DNA of 64,000 nt from an uncultured Acidobacteriota bacterium (GCA_963827655.1 CAWHCF010000006.1:64001-128000), one strand, 5' to 3'; counted from the stretch's first letter, positions 30,458 through 40,622 are shown. Made by a program: numbers and translations. The notes: generated from the letters alone by a model not told the origin.

Positions 30458-32227
30458 TCAATCGAGGCGCGACAGCCGGACGGCTTTCAATTCCATGACA
30501 GACTCGCCAGGTTTGCTGAGAGCTTTCACGTAGAGCCGGTTCCGGCCTTGCCGGAGGTCCAGGACTCCGGGCGTCAGGGGCGCCCAGACCTTTTCGTAGA
30601 CTTCGCCCCGCGGAACGCGATCAGGGCTGGGAAGAGACTCAGGGTCGTGGGCCCGCCCGATCACGCCCTCGACCGCCTGACCTGCAACCTCGACACGAAT
30701 TCGCGATCCGACATCGCGCTCGGGGCAGGTAAACAGAAGCGTCACTTCGAAACGACCCGGCTGCACGACGTCAATCTCCCACGACACGGAGTCTTCGATT
30801 CGTTGCCATCCGGTAATCCAATCGTTAGCCCAACCCTGGCCTCCTTTGAATCTAAGGTTCCCGCTGAAATAGCTCTCGGGCGCCGGGAGTTCAACCATGC
30901 GCGCCTGCGGATAGCCCACCGGTATCGGTAATCGTTCGATGCCGTTCTGCGTCACGTCCTTTAACCAGGCGTCATAGGCAGACCGCAGGGTCTCTACCAG
31001 GCTGGTATTCTCGCCGGCGATGTCTTTTCGTTGCTCCGGGTCTGCAGACATATCATATAGCTCGCAGCGCTTCCCGTCGGTCACAAGCCGATGGCGCTCG
31101 CTCCTGACCGCCCCCAAAGCAGAATTCATCGCCCCGCCGCGCGATTGAACGGTAAAGATCCTGCGCTCGGGCCAGCCTTCGGACTTTCCTTTCAGCAGCG
31201 GTACCAGGCTGGTGCCATCGAGCGGCAATGTTCGCGGCATTGGAACCCCGCACAGTTCAAGCAAGGTCGGAAAGAGATCGATGTGAGCGGCAATCTTTTC
31301 CACTGTCATGCCCGGCTGGATGCGCCCCGGCCAGCGGATAAACAACGGCACGCGCACGCCTCCTTCGTGGACACTCCCTTTGATTCCTTTCATGCCGCCG
31401 TTGTAGCGTTCACCGTTCGGGCCGTTATCCGTGAGAAAAAGAACGATGGTCCGATCGGTCAACCGAGCCGCCTCGAGCTGCTTCAGGATCCGGCCCACGT
31501 TATCGTCGATATTTTCGACCATGCCGTAGATAGCCGCGGTCTTGTCGTCGAACCCACGTCCCTTATATTTACTGAAGTAGCGTTCGGGCACCTGAAACGG
31601 GCCGTGCGGCGCGTTGTACGGAATGTAGCAAAAGAAAGGACGGCCGCGCTGTTTGTCGATGAACGCGATCGCCGCGTCGGTCAGCACGTCGGTGATGTAA
31701 CCGTTCGTCTTGAAGGGCCTGCCGTTGTGCTCCAGCGTGGTGTCAAAGTAATTGTTCCAGTGGCCGGCACAGAAGCCGAGAAACTCGTCAAAACCCTGGC
31801 CCCCGGGACTGTGGGGATAGTGCGCGCCGTTATGCCACTTGCCGAAGCATCCGGTTGCGTACCCGGCATCCCGCAGAGCCTCGGCCAGAGTGAGCTCCTC
31901 GCTGCGCATCGTTTCCAGTCCGCGAGTCACCCAGGCGACACCCGTCCTCGGGTGGTACCGCCCGGTCAGCAAGCTTGCCCGCGTGGGAGCGCAGACCGGA
32001 CTGACGAAGAACCGGTTGAAGCGCGCTCCATCGGCCGCCAGCCTGTCGAGCACCGGCGTATCGAGTCGATCGTTGCCGTGCGAGCGGACGTCGCCCCACC
32101 CCATATCGTCCGCGACGATCAGAACCAGGTTCGGCCTGCTCTGAAGCCCCGCCTGATTCGAGCCGGCGAAAGGGACGGCGCACAGTTGGATGCACAGCAC
32201 CAAGCCGATAACCACCGCGTGTTTCAT
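30458..32227 (-). CDS. Arylsulfatase (formylglycine-dependent), secreted
   Basis: ADDMGWGD, CAPTRASLLTG (CxPxR), GKWH, APHGP, TDNG. Confidence 0.93.
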   Translation of the reverse strand: MKHAVVIGLVLCIQLCAVPFAGSNQAGLQSRPNLVLIVADDMGWGDVRSHGNDRLDTPVLDRLAADGARFNRFFVSPVCAPTRASLLTGRYHPRTGVAWVTRGLETMRSEELTLAEALRDAGYATGCFGKWHNGAHYPHSPGGQGFDEFLGFCAGHWNNYFDTTLEHNGRPFKTNGYITDVLTDAAIAFIDKQRGRPFFCYIPYNAPHGPFQVPERYFSKYKGRGFDDKTAAIYGMVENIDDNVGRILKQLEAARLTDRTIVLFLTDNGPNGERYNGGMKGIKGSVHEGGVRVPLFIRWPGRIQPGMTVEKIAAHIDLFPTLLELCGVPMPRTLPLDGTSLVPLLKGKSEGWPERRIFTVQSRGGAMNSALGAVRSERHRLVTDGKRCELYDMSADPEQRKDIAGENTSLVETLRSAYDAWLKDVTQNGIERLPIPVGYPQARMVELPAPESYFSGNLRFKGGQGWANDWITGWQRIEDSVSWEIDVVQPGRFEVTLLFTCPERDVGSRIRVEVAGQAVEGVIGRAHDPESLPSPDRVPRGEVYEKVWAPLTPGVLDLRQGRNRLYVKALSKPGESVMELKAVRLSRLD

Positions 32228-32411
32228 CGGAATTCCCGGCATCTGAGAGCCTTATACCGATTGGCGCGACCGATTTCAATCTCGCGTTTTCTGACCCGGC
32301 TCAACCACGAAGATGCCGCGCCGCGAGGAGACGCGGCGGCTGATTCCGCCCCACAGAACGCCACAATTCTGATAACCTCACGAGTTGGTTGGGTGTGGAG
32401 TTTGGACATTT

Positions 32412-32582
32412 TGGATGTCTTTCATTGAAGCTTCCAAGTACCCGCATTGGCGTTCATGGTTGTGAGACCCAAATCCTCGAACAACAGCAACCGCCGACGA
32501 CGAGCACGTGCACGACCACATCAACGTCCACGTTGACGTGCACGCGCTCGTGGACGTGGTCGTAATCGGCTTTTGCCCACGG
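32412..32582 (+). repeat. Dispersed repeat, copy 2 (with hexamer expansion)
   Basis: Inverted homolog of 4409-4546 with extra CACGAC/CACGTT-type units. Confidence 0.85.
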
Positions 32583-32623
32583 AACCCGTAGGGCCATTGG
32601 GTAGGTTTGAGGAATCGGATTCT

Positions 32624-33376
32624 ATGGCGGATCGACAGGGACGTCATCCGGGCCGTGACGGCTTTCCCATCACAAGGCTATCCGTCATCGAAGCGCTGCG
32701 CAGCGCACAGCACGAAATCCGGTCCCGGGCCTTCGACCATATCGTCGCGGCCTACTGGAAGCCGATATACAAATACGTTCGCATGCGATACCGTCCGAGC
32801 GTACCGGACGCGCAGGACTTCACCCAGGGATTTTTCACTCGTGTGCTGGAAAAGGATTTCTTAGCTTCCTTTGATCCCGGCAAAGCGCGCTTCAGAACAT
32901 TCTTGCGCGTCTGTCTCGACCGCTATATTGCCAATGAGTTCAAATCGCACAGCCGCTTCAAACGCGGGGGCGACTGCGCAATTCTGTCGCTCGACTTCGC
33001 CGGCGCCGAACGAGAGCTGCAACGCGCGGGCGCCGTCGCGCCGGAGACTGCGGGCGACTACTTCGAACACGAATGGCTGCGGTCGGTGATGTCGCTCGCC
33101 ATTGAGAAGCTGCGCCAGCAGACCAGCCGGCAGCAGAAGGAATTGCATTTCCGGCTGTTCGAGCAGTACGACCTTGAGCCTCCTGAAGGAGCCGAGAAAA
33201 TCACCTATCGTCAACTGGCCCAGATTCACGGCCTGGCGCCCACCGACGTAACCAATTATCTTGCCGATATGCGCCGGCAATTTCGGTCCATCGTGCTGGA
33301 AATCATTCGCGAACTTACCGCGAGCGAAGCGGAGTTCCGGCAGGAAGTCCGCGCCATCCTTGGTGTTGACCGGTGA
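32624..33376 (+). CDS. ECF sigma factor, kinase-associated type
   Basis: FPITRLSVI extension, YWKPIYKY, DAQDFTQGFF, RFRTFL; overlaps the kinase start (GTGA). Confidence 0.85.
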   Translation: MADRQGRHPGRDGFPITRLSVIEALRSAQHEIRSRAFDHIVAAYWKPIYKYVRMRYRPSVPDAQDFTQGFFTRVLEKDFLASFDPGKARFRTFLRVCLDRYIANEFKSHSRFKRGGDCAILSLDFAGAERELQRAGAVAPETAGDYFEHEWLRSVMSLAIEKLRQQTSRQQKELHFRLFEQYDLEPPEGAEKITYRQLAQIHGLAPTDVTNYLADMRRQFRSIVLEIIRELTASEAEFRQEVRAILGVDR

Positions 33377-34413
33377 CCCGCTTCGTATCCGACTCCAGAC
33401 TCGATCACCTGCGATCTCTCGTGGACCTGCCCGATTTGAGCGCCACCAAGTACGCGCTGCTCCGAAGAATCGCCCGGGGCGGAATGGGAACCGTGTACCT
33501 GGCGGAGGATCGGGATCTGAGACGCCAGGTGGCCCTGAAAGTTCTCACGGTACCCGACCCATCCGGCCATCTGGCCGGCAGGATGCTCGCTGAGGCCAGA
33601 ATTGTCGCGCGGCTCGAACATCCGGCAATTGTGCCTATTCACGATGTCGGCAGACTCCCGGACGGGCGCGTCTACTACACCATGAAATACGTCCAGGGCC
33701 AGACCCTCACCGAATACCTGGCGGGCGATCCGCCGTTGCCGGACCGCCTGCGGCTTGTCCAGCAGGTGTGCCAGGCCGTTGCCTTTGCGCACTCGCGCAA
33801 CGTCGTTCATCGCGATCTGAAGCCGGACAACATCATGGTAGGGGCCTTTGGAGAGGTTCTTGTGATGGATTGGGGAGTGGCCAAGGTATTGCGCGACGTG
33901 GCCGCGCGCGCCCCTGAAGGGACAGAAGACACAGTCGAAACGCCGACTTCCGACGGTTATGTCATCGGCACTCTGGCTTTCATGTCCCCCGAGCAGGCCG
34001 AGGGAAGCGTGGAAGACGTCGATCAACAGTCGGACATCTACATGGCGGGAGCGACCCTGTACTATGCCCTCACGGGTCAGGCTCCTTTTTCCGGGGCTAC
34101 CACGCTCGAATTACGGAAGAAGATCATCGAAGGAGGCCCGCCCAGCCCTCGTCAGTTCAACAACAGAATCGCCCGCCCTCTCGCCGCAATCTGTCTAAAG
34201 GCGACGGCGCGACTCAAGGAGAAGCGGTATCTGCGAGCCGAGAACATGGCCCTCGATATCGGTCGTTTCCTGACCCAGGAACCTGTCGAAGCCTATCCCG
34301 AAAATCTCTTCCAGAAAGCGGGCCGGTGGATCGCAAAAAACCAATTCGTCGTTTACCTGGTCGTGGTCTACCTCATCGTGCGCGCCTTGATTTTTTTTCT
34401 CCTTAAACGTTAA
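33373..34413 (+). CDS. Hanks-type Ser/Thr protein kinase with a C-terminal TM anchor
   Basis: GGMGTVY, VALK, HRDLKPDN, DWG, GTLAFMSPEQ. Confidence 0.95.
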   Translation: MTRFVSDSRLDHLRSLVDLPDLSATKYALLRRIARGGMGTVYLAEDRDLRRQVALKVLTVPDPSGHLAGRMLAEARIVARLEHPAIVPIHDVGRLPDGRVYYTMKYVQGQTLTEYLAGDPPLPDRLRLVQQVCQAVAFAHSRNVVHRDLKPDNIMVGAFGEVLVMDWGVAKVLRDVAARAPEGTEDTVETPTSDGYVIGTLAFMSPEQAEGSVEDVDQQSDIYMAGATLYYALTGQAPFSGATTLELRKKIIEGGPPSPRQFNNRIARPLAAICLKATARLKEKRYLRAENMALDIGRFLTQEPVEAYPENLFQKAGRWIAKNQFVVYLVVVYLIVRALIFFLLKR

Positions 34414-34458
34414 ACAAACGGGGCGAGCCGTTTAATAGAACACCGAAAGGAGAAATCT

Positions 34459-34827
34459 ATGTCCAAAGTAGTCCTGGGGATTATCCTCGGCACCGTGCTG
34501 GGTATTCTGGATGGGCTTACTGCCCTCCTGTATCCCGGCACGGAGTCAATGATATTCGGGATCATCGTGGGGTCGACGTTCAAGGGTCTGGTGGCAGGTC
34601 TGGTCATCGGCCTCGTCGCGCGCAAGCTGAATTCGATTAACCTCGGAATCTTGATCGGCCTGGCGGTCGGCTTCTTGCTCGCGCTTCCGTTCGCCATGAT
34701 GCCGGCCGAAAACGGCCAGGTGTATTTCTGGGAAATCATCATTCCCGGCTCGCTGGTCGGTTTGATAGTCGGTTTTGCCACCCAGAAATATGGCAAAAGA
34801 CCCGTTTCCAGCGCGGTCCACGGCTAG
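34459..34827 (+). CDS. Small Gly-rich 4-TM membrane protein
   Basis: SD AAAGGAG; hydrophobic; GSTFKG, GFATQKYG. Confidence 0.75.
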   Translation: MSKVVLGIILGTVLGILDGLTALLYPGTESMIFGIIVGSTFKGLVAGLVIGLVARKLNSINLGILIGLAVGFLLALPFAMMPAENGQVYFWEIIIPGSLVGLIVGFATQKYGKRPVSSAVHG

Positions 34828-35105
34828 CGCGCAAACCGGCGGCTCGGAATTCTTCGCGGCACTCGCCGGTGTTTTTTTGGCAAAGATTCTTGGTGTTTCT
34901 TCGTGTCTTTGAGTCTTGGTGGTATTTGTTAGACAGGTCTAACCACGAAGATATCAGGACGCCAAGAAATGCAAAAAAAGCCCGTCGCGTCTGCGTGGTT
35001 GATTCTGGCACAAGAGCCCTTGACGAATCCTCCCGGATCAGGTTTATTCCAACCTGTATCAGGATACGAAAATCCAAGCAGGTCAACTACGACGGGAGGA
35101 AGTTA

Positions 35106-36176
35106 GTGAAGAGTGAAGCCCAACCAATCAATGAGGAAAAATTAAACGCCTTTATCGGCAAAGTTGTGGGAGATTTCGGCGCGGCTTTGAGCTCTGCGCT
35201 AGTCTATATCGGTCTGAAGCTGGGGCTTTACAAAGCCATGGCCGGCGCCCAGCCGGTCACTCCGGCCGAGCTTGCCCAACGCACCGGCACGGTCGAACGC
35301 TACGTGCGGGAATGGCTGATCAACCAGGCCGCCAGTGGTTATGTGGAATACGATCCGGCGAGTGGACGCTACCATCTGCCGCCGGAACAAGCAGTGGCGC
35401 TGACAGATGAGAACAGTCCATTTTTCGTTGGGGGAGGTTTTTACGTCATCAAGGCGATGCTGCGCGCTGAAACTCGCATCGCCGAAGCCTTTCAGAAGGG
35501 GGGCGGCATGCTCTGGAGTGAGCATGATCCCGATCTATTCGTCGGTACCGAGCGCTTCTTCCGGCCGGGTTATGCGACTCACCTGGTCGCAGCCTGGATT
35601 CCTGCGTTAACAGGCGTGGAAGCCAGACTCAAATCGGGGGCAAGAGTGGCTGATGTCGGCTGCGGACACGGCGCTTCTACCATCATCATGGCCAAAGCGT
35701 ACCCGAAGAGCCGCTTTTATGGGTTTGACAACCACGAACCCTCCATCCGGCATGCCCGGCAGGCGGCTACCCAGGCGGGAGTAGCCGATCGGGTGGAATT
35801 TGAGGTGGCGGACGCCCGCAGCTTCCCAGGCGAGAACTACGACCTTATCGCTTTCTTCGACTGCTTCCACGACATGGGCGACCCCCTTGGGGCGGCGACA
35901 CGCGCGTGCCAGACTCTGGCCGCCGACGGCAGCCTGCTCATGGTCGAGCCCATGGCGGGCAACACCGTGGAAGAGAACTTTAATCCGGTCGGCCGGACCT
36001 TCTCGGCGGCTTCGACGTTGTGCTGCACGGCGAATTCGCTGGCGCTCGGGGGCCCCGGCTTCGGAGCGGTGGCGTCGGAACAGACCCTGCGCGAGACCGT
36101 GCTGGCCGGTGGGTTCAAGCATTTTCGGCGCGCCACGGAAACTCCCTTCAATCGCGTCTTCGAAGCGCGGAGGTAG
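35106..36176 (+). CDS. Class I SAM-dependent methyltransferase with N-terminal wHTH (Rv2258c-like)
   Basis: ERYVREWL, VADVGCGHG, DCFHDMGDP, TPFNRVFEAR; GTG after GGGAGG. Confidence 0.9.
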   Translation: MKSEAQPINEEKLNAFIGKVVGDFGAALSSALVYIGLKLGLYKAMAGAQPVTPAELAQRTGTVERYVREWLINQAASGYVEYDPASGRYHLPPEQAVALTDENSPFFVGGGFYVIKAMLRAETRIAEAFQKGGGMLWSEHDPDLFVGTERFFRPGYATHLVAAWIPALTGVEARLKSGARVADVGCGHGASTIIMAKAYPKSRFYGFDNHEPSIRHARQAATQAGVADRVEFEVADARSFPGENYDLIAFFDCFHDMGDPLGAATRACQTLAADGSLLMVEPMAGNTVEENFNPVGRTFSAASTLCCTANSLALGGPGFGAVASEQTLRETVLAGGFKHFRRATETPFNRVFEARR

Positions 36177-36216
36177 TCGCAGCCAGATCTCTGTTCGGGT
36201 TTGCACTCACACATTG

Positions 36217-36332
36217 TCGATTCAAGCCTCATGCGCTTGATAACAGCCTTAAAGCGCGGCTCGGATCGAAGTTTGTCCATCTGTGGATCGACTCTTATCC
36301 AGATCAACGGGTCGAGCGACTCATGATAAGCA
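36217..36332 (-). pseudogene. C-terminal remnant of a TPR protein
   Basis: AYHESLDPLIWIRVDPQMDKLRSEPRFKAVIKRMRL, the typical tail of kinase/adenylate cyclase-TPR proteins. Confidence 0.55.
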
Positions 36333-36425
36333 GTCGATCCATCGGATGAAACTCAAGCGCTGTTGTGCAACACGAATCGGGGGAGCGGGTCGAGTGCATC
36401 GACGGGCAAAGCCTGTCCCGTACGT

Positions 36426-36978
36426 TCATGCCCGGCGTTCACTGGATCCAATGGTGCGCGACATTCGAACCACCGGGACCTCCACTCCATCGGGTAGCCG
36501 CAGGCTGAACCGCTCTGTCTCGACGAAACCGGCCGCCCTATAAAGAGGCTCCCCGGGAAGCGTGGCAATGAGCTCCATCCTGAGGAACCCTGCCGCGCGC
36601 GCCGCCTCGATACTCCGTTCGATCAGGAGACTACCCAGGCCACGCCGTGCCCATTCGGGATCGACAAAGAAAGCACGGATTCGGGCAGCGTCGGTTGCCG
36701 GATCGAGCAGCGGATCCTCACCCTGCTTCATCTGATCGCCTCCGAAAAGCGTCCGCCGGCGGCTCCACCCGCCGCACGCGACCATGCGCCCTTCCGCCTC
36801 CACGACGTAATAGGTGCCGTCGGCGATGAGCCGTGTGTCCGCACCGAAGACGTAGCGCAGGCTACTCTCGATCTGCGACGCCGTGTAGTATCCGACGCTC
36901 AGGCCGCGGGCCGATTGTTCGATGAGCTTCTGGAGCTCGGGTACGTCCGCCATGCGTCGCAAGGCGCACGTGATGCAT
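36426..36978 (-). CDS. GNAT N-acetyltransferase; 5' frameshift
   Basis: ACGGWSRRRTLFGGD, IRAFFVDPEWARRGLG, ATLPGEPLY; MHHVRLAT start in an adjacent frame. Confidence 0.85.
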
Positions 36979-37160
36979 GGTGTTTTTCGCGTTCTTCGCG
37001 GGCTTCGCGCCTCAGCGGTTAGTTTTGTTCCGCCGCACTAACCGCGAAGACTCGAAGACGCTAAGGTTCGTTCGGGGACTTCGCCCCGAACGAAAGGCCC
37101 CTTGTGAACGACAACATGTTGGTTTGAACGTTTCACTAAGCGCCTAAGAAACGCCAAGCA

Positions 37161-38434
37161 TCACATGAAATTCGGGGTGTGCAGCTGGGAAAGCTCCGCG
37201 GCCTCGTCTTCCGTAAACCCGACCGATACCAGTCTCCTGATGCGATTCTCATGCATCGTGTGATACAGATCCTGGCGCGCTTGCATTCCTTGCGGCAGAC
37301 GCTCCGGTTGTAACCCCCGGCCGCCAGAATCGAAAGCGATTCCTCAACCAGCGGGTTCAATCCCTTAACCTCGGACAGCGCCGATGAGCGGTTGAAAACG
37401 GCTCGCCGGAGCTTTTCCTTCAGTCCGCTGATCTGGCCGATGGCAGCGCGCACGTGACCGAGAGCAAAGTGGACGTGGCGGGACTCATCCCGGCGCGTGC
37501 GGCGAGCAATCTCTCTCGTGACCGGCTCCGGGGCGTGGGTGTCGATATACTGAAGAAGATCGAGGAAAGTTCCCTCGCCGAGCACGCTCAGCAGAAAACT
37601 CGCCTGCAAGAAATCCTCCTGGTCGAGAAGTGACTTCAGCGAGGCCTGGGTGGATGCCGTCGAGAATTGAAGTCCTCCTCCGTTGGCCAATGCCCGTTTC
37701 ACAAAGACTTCTATATGACGCGCCTCGTCGCGCACCTGGGTCGAAAGGAAGAACACGGTCTCGGCGAATGCCGGGTGAATCCGGGCAATCCACTTAGCGG
37801 GAACGTAAAGGGCGGAAAACTCATTTTCCGCCAGAAAGGTCATCAACTGGCAGATGGCGCGCTCGAGTTCTTCCTCCAACGGCGTCAACTGGGCCCAGGG
37901 TATGTCGCGCGCGCTGTCCCAGTGTCCTCGAGTCGCCTGCTCATAGAGCTCGGACGCCGAGTCCGACCAGGCCTCGTTCGCGCGTACAACATCGAAGGAA
38001 AATTCAGGGCTTCCTTCCTCGACCACCGCCCCCCGCGGGGAAAATCCGCGAGAGAGATCGGCCTGCTCAGGGATTTCCGCGGACCGGCCCAGAAGCAGTG
38101 CCCGGGTGTCCAACCCTTCTTCACCACTCGACGCTCTCAAACCCCAGTCGGCCGATTCCCGAGTCAGGATGCGGGCTGCTTGCCCCTTCTCCAGCCATAC
38201 CGAGGTATTCCCGTCCGATCGTGTAACATCAAGACAGCGATTGGCTGTGAGCCTGGCCCACGCCGTCAGATCGTGTTCGACTGAAGGATTCCCCGAATCG
38301 ACCCGGAGCACCTGACCCGGCTTCAGGCGGTCCAGCATGCGAGTGACGAGAAGGAGCAAGCCTCCGCCGGCAGAGAGCCGGCCGACGTCACAGCTCAGAT
38401 CCGAGCGCCTGGTCTCCTCACGCACGCTCTTCAT
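37161..38434 (-). CDS. TusA-like domain fused to a ferritin-like di-iron domain; frameshift in a G-run near 37315
   Basis: N-terminal LKPGQVLRV...DLTAWARLT; ENEF, DEARH, EGTF, DESRH; the shifted frame ends ...ELSQLHTPNFM* at 37161. Confidence 0.8.
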
Positions 38435-39248
38435 ATGGGGCGAAAAAATTGAGGGCCTCCACCGCCTCGAACAGAGCCTGGTAGCCGTCCATACTCGGAG
38501 GAACCCACCGCTTGAGACCTTCCATGTCCATAATCGGGCGATGGGCCGGGTTGTTGTATTCCATCGCCAGCAAGGCGTCCGTCCAGGGCCGAAATCGGTC
38601 GACGTCAGCGTCCGACCGCACGGTGAAATTGCAGTGACAGTACGGGGGGGACGTCCAGAAGGCCTTCACCTCTCCGCTGGCGGCCGGACCCTCGCCCAGG
38701 GCTCGCGCCCAGTACTGGTCGCCGACCGCGCCCGCATCGGCTTCTCCCCGGGACACGGCGTTCAACACTTCCACTTCGCTCGTCCCGGTGTCGCCGTGCT
38801 TCCCGACATCGAGGTCAAACCGGATCGCCGTGAGGTCCCGCCCAGGATCGATTCCGCTCTGCTTGAGAAAATACCAGGGAAGAATGGCGGCCTGGCCCGA
38901 GTCGCGGCTGCCGAAAGCCACCCGCTTACCTCTCAGGTCGTGCACAGATTCAACGCCGCTTCCGGCCCGGGCGATCATCTTGGTTGTGAAGCCCACATCC
39001 GTATCGCGCATCGCCAGGGCCCGGCACTTTCCCTTCGTAAGGCGATGCGTCTTGATATAGGCCAGGTTCGTATTCCATGCGATCTCGATGGCATCGGCGA
39101 GCAGCGCTTCCACCTGGGCATCGTAGTTTGAGAACAGAACGTAGTCGGTTGCGATCCCACGGCTGCGAAAGTAGTCCTTGAGCGCTTCCCAGATTGTAAC
39201 CACCTTGGGATCGTAAGCCACCGCTCCGACTCGAACCATATCTTTCAT
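38418..39248 (-). CDS. PhnD/SsuA-type substrate-binding-fold protein without a signal peptide
   Basis: GAVAYDPKVVTIWE, IAWNT, DLRGKRVAFGSRDS, GKHGDTG, ADAGAVG, YCHCNF. Confidence 0.85.
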   Translation of the reverse strand: MKDMVRVGAVAYDPKVVTIWEALKDYFRSRGIATDYVLFSNYDAQVEALLADAIEIAWNTNLAYIKTHRLTKGKCRALAMRDTDVGFTTKMIARAGSGVESVHDLRGKRVAFGSRDSGQAAILPWYFLKQSGIDPGRDLTAIRFDLDVGKHGDTGTSEVEVLNAVSRGEADAGAVGDQYWARALGEGPAASGEVKAFWTSPPYCHCNFTVRSDADVDRFRPWTDALLAMEYNNPAHRPIMDMEGLKRWVPPSMDGYQALFEAVEALNFFAPYEERA

Positions 39249-39281
39249 GACGCCCTCCGGGATCGATGCCCGCGATCGAAA

Positions 39282-40454
39282 TCAAAACAATGGGATTCCC
39301 GCTACAGCCTTCCCGATGAAATCGCAAAGTACGTCGGTCGTCGGCGCCATCACCGAAGCCGCGCGGGCATCACGGAAGTTGCGCTCAATGCTCAATTGAC
39401 GGCCGAATGCCGCGCCGCCGCAGGCGCGCATCGCCTCATCGGTAACTTCAAGAGCTGCCTCGCCCGCCACCGCCTTCACCCCCAGGACCGAGAGCATGGC
39501 CGACGGGCTATCGGCTTCTATCGCGCCCAGGGTCTGTTCGAGGAACGCGCTGGCCGAATCGAGCGCCAGTTTCATGCGAGCGAGCCGGGCCCGAATTCCG
39601 GGCACGGCCGAGGCGAGGCTCTCGCCCAGATGCTCCAGCCGGGCCGTACTCGTATGCTTTACGGCGCCGGCGAAGGCGGATTCGCCGATCCCAAGCGACA
39701 CCGACGCGCTTCCAACCTGAAACCAGGGGAGGGCGACACCCAGCATCATCTTCAAACCTTCCCCTTCTTCGGTGAGGCGGTAGTCGTCCTTTACGCGACA
39801 GTCGCGCAGCTGCATGGGAGCGCTGGCGTTTCCCCGCAGCCCCAGGCCGTTCCAGCGCCCGCTGACCTCTATCCCAGCCGCCTCACGCTCCACCAGATAA
39901 ATGGTTGAATCAAGCGGCCCTTTCGCCGTCACGGCACCCGACGATGCTACGTAATAATCCGCGTAGCCGGCGCTGGTGACAAACGACTTGTCACAGTTGA
40001 GAATGGTCGAACCATCGTTTCGAGCCGCGCGGCTCACGGGAGCCCAGAAATGACTGCGCGATCCGCGTTCGCTGAATGCCAGAGTCGCAAGCGCGTTGCC
40101 GGAGACAATCTTGCGCATGACTCTTTCCTTCTCCGGCGAACCCGAGGCTGCAATGACCTGGGCCCCGCAAACGTGCATAAGGTAAATCATGGCGGTCGAA
40201 GCGCAGGAGCCGGCAATTTTTCTCGTGACCGCCGCGAACTCTCGCATCCCAAGTCCGGCGCCTCCTGTCTCGTGAGGCAGTGTAAGGCCTAGCAGCCTGG
40301 CGGCGCTGACGGCCTCGATGGACTTTTGAGGCCAGCGTCCTTCGGCATCGACGCCGGCCGCCTCCGCTTCCAGGATGGGGCGCACACTCTCTTCGATTGT
40401 CTTCAGACGTTCATCACGCGCGCTCGACGTTGCACTGGTGCTCATTGGCTCCAC
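39282..40454 (-). CDS. Acyl-CoA dehydrogenase-fold flavoprotein (non-canonical)
   Basis: CASTAMIYLMH, LAFSERGSRSHFWAP, KSFVTSAG, GLRGNAS, ERNFRDARA. Confidence 0.88.
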   Translation of the reverse strand: MEPMSTSATSSARDERLKTIEESVRPILEAEAAGVDAEGRWPQKSIEAVSAARLLGLTLPHETGGAGLGMREFAAVTRKIAGSCASTAMIYLMHVCGAQVIAASGSPEKERVMRKIVSGNALATLAFSERGSRSHFWAPVSRAARNDGSTILNCDKSFVTSAGYADYYVASSGAVTAKGPLDSTIYLVEREAAGIEVSGRWNGLGLRGNASAPMQLRDCRVKDDYRLTEEGEGLKMMLGVALPWFQVGSASVSLGIGESAFAGAVKHTSTARLEHLGESLASAVPGIRARLARMKLALDSASAFLEQTLGAIEADSPSAMLSVLGVKAVAGEAALEVTDEAMRACGGAAFGRQLSIERNFRDARAASVMAPTTDVLCDFIGKAVAGIPLF

Positions 40455-40588
40455 TCTCCGGATACAAAGGCGTTTTCATTTGCAGGTGACGCATTCGCTC
40501 TGCGCCCTGCCGGCCCGAGCCAAGGAGGTTATGTCAACCCGATTTGAAACGCAAGACACCGCGCGATGACAAGTGACCTCCCACTCCA

Positions 40589-40622
40589 CCCAATCGTCAA
40601 TCGTCAATCGTAAATCGTCAAT
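40589..40622 (-). repeat. GATTGAC heptamer array
   Basis: 34 nt identical to 48048-48081; contains the stop codon of the upstream radical SAM gene. Confidence 0.9.

Noticed and set aside
37300-37325. Programmed ribosomal frameshift in the ferritin-like gene
   Set aside because: No canonical slippery heptamer or stimulator is evident, and the window-wide indel load makes sequencing error more likely.
38418-39248. Phosphonate ABC transporter (phnD)
   Set aside because: No signal peptide and no phnC/phnE or C-P lyase genes nearby.
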